Below, piece after piece: positions 59,482 to 64,000 of a DNA stretch of 64,000 nt. Under the pieces are notes generated by a model that worked only from the letters and a program-made list of their open reading frames with translations, was not told the DNA's origin and did not search any database. The DNA comes from Sphingomonas sp. SCN 67-18 (GTDB lineage: Bacteria; Pseudomonadota; Alphaproteobacteria; Sphingomonadales; Sphingomonadaceae). Within the stretch, counting starts at the first letter, position 1; the number at the start of each line of letters is the position of its first letter. Position numbers and translations under genes: made by a program. The stretch lies in the NCBI GenBank assembly GCA_001724715.1, contig MEFG01000025.1:4017-68016 (forward strand). Reading direction: 5' to 3'.

Positions 59482-60920
59482 AACAGCGCCCGCGCCGCAT
59501 TGGCGCTGGCGATCCCGAGCGCCGGGATCAGGAAATAGCCGAGCGGAGACACCAGCACCGCCGTCAGCGCGATCAGCCCGGTCTCGATCCGGCTGTTCGA
59601 CGGCAGATAACCCTCCGCAGGCTCGTCGAAATACATCGTCTTGACGATCGACAGATAATAATAGGCGCTCAGCACCGACGCGGCGATGCCGATCGCCGCC
59701 AGCGGCCACAGGCCCGCGCCCACCACCGCGTCGAACACCACGAACTTCGCCCAGAAGCCGAAGAGCGGCGGAATGCCGGCAAGCGAGAACATGAAGATGG
59801 CGAATGCCGCGGCCAGCGCCGGGCGGGTCCGCGACATGCCGGCCATGCTGGCGATGCTTTCCACCTGCCGCCCCTCGCCGTCGCGCATCTGCAGCACGCA
59901 CAGGAAACTGCCCAGCGTCATCGCGACATAAATGGCCATATAGGTCATCACGCTCGCCACGCCCGCCGCCGTGCCCGCCGCAAGGCCGAGCAGCGCGAAA
60001 CCGACATTGTTGATCGACGAATAGGCGAGCAGCCGCTTCATGTTCTTCTGGCCCATCGCCGCCACCGCGCCGAGCACGATCGACGCCAGCGCGCAGAAGA
60101 TCACGATCTGCCGCCAGGCGTCGGTCGCCGGGCCCATCGCCTCCACCGCAATGCGGACGATCAGCGCCATCGCCGCCACCTTGGGCGCGCTGGCGAAAAA
60201 GCCGGTGATCGGCGTCGGTGCGCCTTCATACACGTCGGGCGTCCACATGTGGAACGGCACGGCGCTGATCTTCATCGCCATGCCCGCCAGCACGAAGACG
60301 ATGCCAAACAGCTTGCCGGTCGAAAGATCGGCGCCGATGGAGGCCGCCACCCCGTCGAACAGCGTCGTGCCGGTAAAGCCGTAAAGCAGCGAGATGCCGT
60401 AGAGCAGGATGCCGCTGGCCAGCGCGCCCAGCACGAAATATTTCAGCCCCGCCTCGGCCGATCGGTTGTCGCGGCGCATGAAGCTGGCGAGCACATAACC
60501 GGCCAGGTTCTGCAGCTCCAGCCCGACATAAAGGGTCAACAGGTCCACCGCGGACACCATCATCCCCATGCCGACGCATGAGAGCAGGATCAGCACCGGA
60601 TATTCCGCCCGCATCGTGCCGTTATTCTGGCTGAAGAAGCGCGGCCCCATCAGGATGGACACCGCCGCCGCGCCAAAGATCAGCACCTTGGCAAAGGCGG
60701 CGAAGGCGTCCGCGCGGTACAGGCCGTGAAAGGCCGTGCCGCCCTGGCTCGCCGGGCCGCAGAGCGAAAGGCCCGCCGCCGCCAGCACCGCCACCGCGCC
60801 CCAGCCGATCAGCCGCGCCTGCGCGTCGCCGCCAAAGGCCGCGACCATCAACAGGCTCAACGCGCCGAGCGAAAGGATCAGCTCGGGCAGGGTCATCATC
60901 AGGGATGCCGCATAATCCAT
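59478..60920 (-). CDS. nuoN: NADH-quinone oxidoreductase subunit N
   Basis: 480-aa polytopic antiporter-like subunit that follows nuoM. Confidence 0.93.
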   Translation of the reverse strand: MDYAASLMMTLPELILSLGALSLLMVAAFGGDAQARLIGWGAVAVLAAAGLSLCGPASQGGTAFHGLYRADAFAAFAKVLIFGAAAVSILMGPRFFSQNNGTMRAEYPVLILLSCVGMGMMVSAVDLLTLYVGLELQNLAGYVLASFMRRDNRSAEAGLKYFVLGALASGILLYGISLLYGFTGTTLFDGVAASIGADLSTGKLFGIVFVLAGMAMKISAVPFHMWTPDVYEGAPTPITGFFASAPKVAAMALIVRIAVEAMGPATDAWRQIVIFCALASIVLGAVAAMGQKNMKRLLAYSSINNVGFALLGLAAGTAAGVASVMTYMAIYVAMTLGSFLCVLQMRDGEGRQVESIASMAGMSRTRPALAAAFAIFMFSLAGIPPLFGFWAKFVVFDAVVGAGLWPLAAIGIAASVLSAYYYLSIVKTMYFDEPAEGYLPSNSRIETGLIALTAVLVSPLGYFLIPALGIASANAARALF

Positions 60921-62461
60921 CAGTGCGTGCTCCCATGCGCTTCAGCGGCCGGCGCCGCGGGCGCTCCGGCGACAAGATGTGAATCCCCGGCCGGCCTGGC
61001 CCGGTCCACCCGCGCCACCAGCGTGCCGATGTCGGCGCGCATCGGCGCCAGGAAACTTTCGGGATACACGCCCATCCACAGCACCACCGCCGCAATCGGC
61101 GCGAGCAGCCACAGTTCGCGGCGGGACAGGTCCGGCATCGCCGCCACGTCCTCCTTGTCCAGCGCGCCGAACACGACCCGCCGGTAAAGATAGAGCATAT
61201 AGGCCGCACCCAGGATGATGCCGGTGGTGCACAGCAAGGTCGCCAGCGTGCTGACCTGATAGGCCCCCATCAGCGACAGCAGTTCGCCCACGAAGCCGCT
61301 GGTCCCCGGCAGGCCGATGGAGGCCATGGTGAACAGCAGGAACAGCAGCGCATAGCGCGGCATGTTGTTGGCCAGGCCGCCGTAGCGGGCGATCTCGCGG
61401 GTGTGCAGCCGGTCGTAGATCACGCCGACGCACAGGAACAGCGCGCCGGATACCAGCCCGTGCGACAGCATGACGATCATCGCGCCTTCCAGCCCCTGCC
61501 GGTTGAAGGCGAACAGGCCGATGGTGACGATCGCCATATGCGCGACCGATGAATAGGCGATCAGCTTCTTCATGTCGGTCTGCACCAGCGCGACCAGCGA
61601 GGTATAGATCACCGCGACGGCGGAAAGCGCCAGCACCAGCCAGACCAGTTCCGACGACGCCTCGGGGAACATCGGGATGGAAAAGCGGATGAAGCCATAT
61701 CCGCCCAGTTTCAGCAGCACGCCCGCCAGGATCACCGATCCCGCCGTCGGCGCTTCCACGTGCGCGTCGGGCAGCCAGGTGTGCACCGGCCACATCGGCA
61801 CCTTCACCGCAAAGGAAGCGAAGAAGGCCAGCCACAGCCATGTCTGCGCCTGCACCGGGAAATCATGGTTGAGCAGCGTCGGGATGTCGGTGGTGCCCGC
61901 TTCCTGCGCCATCCACAGCATCGCGATCAGCATCAGCACCGATCCGAGCAGCGTGTAGAGGAAGAATTTATAGCTGGCGTAGATCCGCCGCGCCCCGCCC
62001 CACACGCCGATGATCAGGTACATGGGGATCAGCCCGGCTTCGAAGAAGATGTAGAACAGGAACAGGTCCTGCGCCGCGAAGGTGCCGATCATCAGCACCT
62101 CGACCAGCAGGAACGCCGCCATATATTCCGGCACCCGCTTCTCGATCGCCTGCCACGACGCGCCGATGCAGATCGGCATCAGGAACACGGAGAGCATGAT
62201 CAGCATCAGCGAGATGCCGTCTATGCCCAGCGCCCATGCGAATCGGCCGAAAATCGGCACATGCTCGACAAACTGCCACTGCGGCGCGCCTGCGCCCTGG
62301 TCGAAGGCGATCCACAGCAGGATGCCCAGCGCAAGGTCGATCAGCGTCGCGCCCAGCGCGATCCGCCGCGCATTGGCGGCATCGACGAACAGGCACAGCA
62401 GCGCCGCCGCCATCGGCAGCGCCAGCATGATCGAAAGGATGGGAATGCCGGCCATGCTCAT
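60920..62461 (-). CDS. nuoM: NADH-quinone oxidoreductase subunit M
   Basis: 513-aa antiporter-like subunit lying between nuoL and nuoN. Confidence 0.93.
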   Translation of the reverse strand: MSMAGIPILSIMLALPMAAALLCLFVDAANARRIALGATLIDLALGILLWIAFDQGAGAPQWQFVEHVPIFGRFAWALGIDGISLMLIMLSVFLMPICIGASWQAIEKRVPEYMAAFLLVEVLMIGTFAAQDLFLFYIFFEAGLIPMYLIIGVWGGARRIYASYKFFLYTLLGSVLMLIAMLWMAQEAGTTDIPTLLNHDFPVQAQTWLWLAFFASFAVKVPMWPVHTWLPDAHVEAPTAGSVILAGVLLKLGGYGFIRFSIPMFPEASSELVWLVLALSAVAVIYTSLVALVQTDMKKLIAYSSVAHMAIVTIGLFAFNRQGLEGAMIVMLSHGLVSGALFLCVGVIYDRLHTREIARYGGLANNMPRYALLFLLFTMASIGLPGTSGFVGELLSLMGAYQVSTLATLLCTTGIILGAAYMLYLYRRVVFGALDKEDVAAMPDLSRRELWLLAPIAAVVLWMGVYPESFLAPMRADIGTLVARVDRARPAGDSHLVAGAPAAPAAEAHGSTH

Positions 62462-64000
62462 CCCACGATCGCCCAGGTTGTCGCCGCCGCGACGCCCAGC
62501 AGCATCACCAGCGCATAAGTGTAGATATAGCCGGATTGCAGCCGCCCGCTCAGCCGGCTGCCGATCATCGCGACGGCGCTCACCCCGTCAGGGCCGAAAC
62601 GGTCGATGGTCCCCATGTCGCCGCGCTTCCAGAAGAAACGGCCGATGGCGAAGGCGGGTTTCACGAAGATCATGTCGTACAACTCGTCGAAATACCATTT
62701 GTTGAGCAGGAAGTTGTAGAGGTGGCGGAATTCCGCCACGAACTTCGCCGGAATGTCGGTGCTGCGGATATAGGCGAGATAGGCGATCAGCAGGCCGGTG
62801 AGCATCGCCGCCGTCGCCGACAGCTTCACCCACATCGGCACCCCGTGCATCTCGTGCATCAGGTGCGCGTCGAAGGCCAGGCTGCCGTTCCAGAAGGCGA
62901 CGCCGGCCTCCGCATCCAGGAACGCGCCGTGGAACAACAGGCCGGCGAATACCGCGCCCAGGCTCAGCACCACCAGCGGCGCCAGCATCACCGCCGGGCT
63001 TTCATGCGGATGATAGCCGCCGGTGCCGTCGTGCGCGCCGTCATCATGACCATGATGGTCGTGGCCATGATCGTCATGCGCGCCATGGGTGTGATCGCCA
63101 TGATGGGCGTCGTGCAGCGCATGCTGGATATGCTCGCTGTTCGTCCAGCGCGGCTTGCCGTGGAAGGTGAGGAACACCAGCCGCCAGGAATAGAAGCTGG
63201 TCAGCAGCGCCGCGAACACGCCCACGGCAAAGGCGATGCCGCCCATCTCCGTGCCGCTGGCGAAGGCCGCCTCCAGGATCGCGTCCTTGGAATAAAAGCC
63301 CGCAAAGCCGAAAATGCCCGCAATGCCCACGCCGGTGATCGCCAGCGTGCCGGCCATCATCGCCCAATAGGTGATCGGTATGGATTTGCGCAGCCCGCCG
63401 TAGAAACGCATGTCCTGCTCATGGTGCATGGCGTGGATCACCGATCCCGCGCCCAGGAACAGCAACGCCTTGAAGAAGGCGTGGGTGAACAGGTGGAACA
63501 TCGCCGCGCCATAGGCGCCGACGCCTGCCGCGAAGAACATGTAGCCCAGCTGCGAACAGGTGGAATAGGCGATCACCCGCTTGATGTCGGTCTGCACCGT
63601 GCCGACCGTGGCGGCGAACAGCGCGGTCGCCGCGCCGACGGCGGTGACCACGGTCAGCGCGGTCTGGCTGGTCTCGAACATCGGCGACAGGCGGCACACC
63701 ATGAACACGCCCGCCGTCACCATGGTCGCGGCGTGGATCAACGCGGAAACCGGCGTCGGGCCTTCCATCGCGTCGGGCAGCCAGGTGTGCAGGCCCAGCT
63801 GCGCGGACTTGCCCATCGCGCCGACGAACAGCAGCAGGCAGAGCAGGGTCATCACCTCGACGCGATGGCCGAGGAAGCCGATGGTGGATCCCGCCATGCC
63901 CGGCGCGGCGGCCAGTATTTCGGGGATGGAGACGGTGCCGAACACCAGGAAGGTGCCGAAAATGCCCATCATGAAGCCAAGGTCGCCCACCCGGTTGACC
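62458..64000 (-). CDS. nuoL: NADH-quinone oxidoreductase subunit L (N-terminus beyond window end)
   Basis: ORF 62458..63990 is open to the window edge. It has antiporter-like TM helices, a His-rich loop and the C-terminal amphipathic helix region. Confidence 0.9.
   Translation of the reverse strand, partial: VNRVGDLGFMMGIFGTFLVFGTVSIPEILAAAPGMAGSTIGFLGHRVEVMTLLCLLLFVGAMGKSAQLGLHTWLPDAMEGPTPVSALIHAATMVTAGVFMVCRLSPMFETSQTALTVVTAVGAATALFAATVGTVQTDIKRVIAYSTCSQLGYMFFAAGVGAYGAAMFHLFTHAFFKALLFLGAGSVIHAMHHEQDMRFYGGLRKSIPITYWAMMAGTLAITGVGIAGIFGFAGFYSKDAILEAAFASGTEMGGIAFAVGVFAALLTSFYSWRLVFLTFHGKPRWTNSEHIQHALHDAHHGDHTHGAHDDHGHDHHGHDDGAHDGTGGYHPHESPAVMLAPLVVLSLGAVFAGLLFHGAFLDAEAGVAFWNGSLAFDAHLMHEMHGVPMWVKLSATAAMLTGLLIAYLAYIRSTDIPAKFVAEFRHLYNFLLNKWYFDELYDMIFVKPAFAIGRFFWKRGDMGTIDRFGPDGVSAVAMIGSRLSGRLQSGYIYTYALVMLLGVAAATTWAIVG

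Overview
This is a high-GC (about two-thirds G+C by eye) alphaproteobacterial chromosome segment. The gene order looks Sphingomonadales-like, which is an inference from synteny: nuoLMN-birA-coaX-rnj-DUF1467, and tpiA-ppiD-trpEGDC-moaC-moeA-lexA-comEC-gltX-gltA. Most of the window is housekeeping. It holds a LOG-family gene, a DMT transporter, a class II aldolase, MipA, a TPP riboswitch with thiC, a GGDEF cyclase, a cobalamin riboswitch with btuB and a BtuFCD-like ABC importer, cysQ-cysNC-cysD, an FMN reductase, leucine catabolism genes (ivd, MCC alpha and beta, LysR), a MaoC/CitE/CoA-transferase trio, a DEAD-box helicase, the trp operon, Moco genes, lexA with an alpha-type SOS box, gltX, gltA, RNase J and the end of the nuo operon. 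I saw no rRNA, tRNA, CRISPR array, transposase or integrase. The stand-out is a ~1.7 kb islet of about 50% GC at ~6765-8470, wedged between thiC and an NTF2-like gene. It carries a three-gene minus-strand operon: (1) a free-standing colicin-E3-type rRNase domain with the W-D-x-x-H-G-E-x-E core intact and no delivery domain; (2) a translationally coupled 107-aa ORF with an acidic N-terminal half, a candidate new immunity/antitoxin; (3) an ImmA/IrrE (HEIGH ... EANRFAAELLMP) zinc peptidase with a ~190-aa uncharacterised C-terminal domain. I propose this is a protease-gated ribosome-cleaving toxin-immunity module, possibly an abortive-infection or stress-triggered system. Secondary observations are listed here.
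- A 72-bp x4 degenerate purine-rich tandem repeat.
- Long C-rich/G-poor tracts after three plus-strand genes.
- An apparent frameshift in trpD.
- An operon with a histidine-kinase-like protein and an Hpt-like protein that both seem to lack the phospho-accepting His.
- An extremely AT-rich promoter region feeding an XRE/PilZ/PilZ cluster.
- A CTGA stop-start overlap at nuoN/birA.
- A truncated PD-(D/E)xK gene at the left window edge.
All homology calls are motif recognition by eye. No searches were run.
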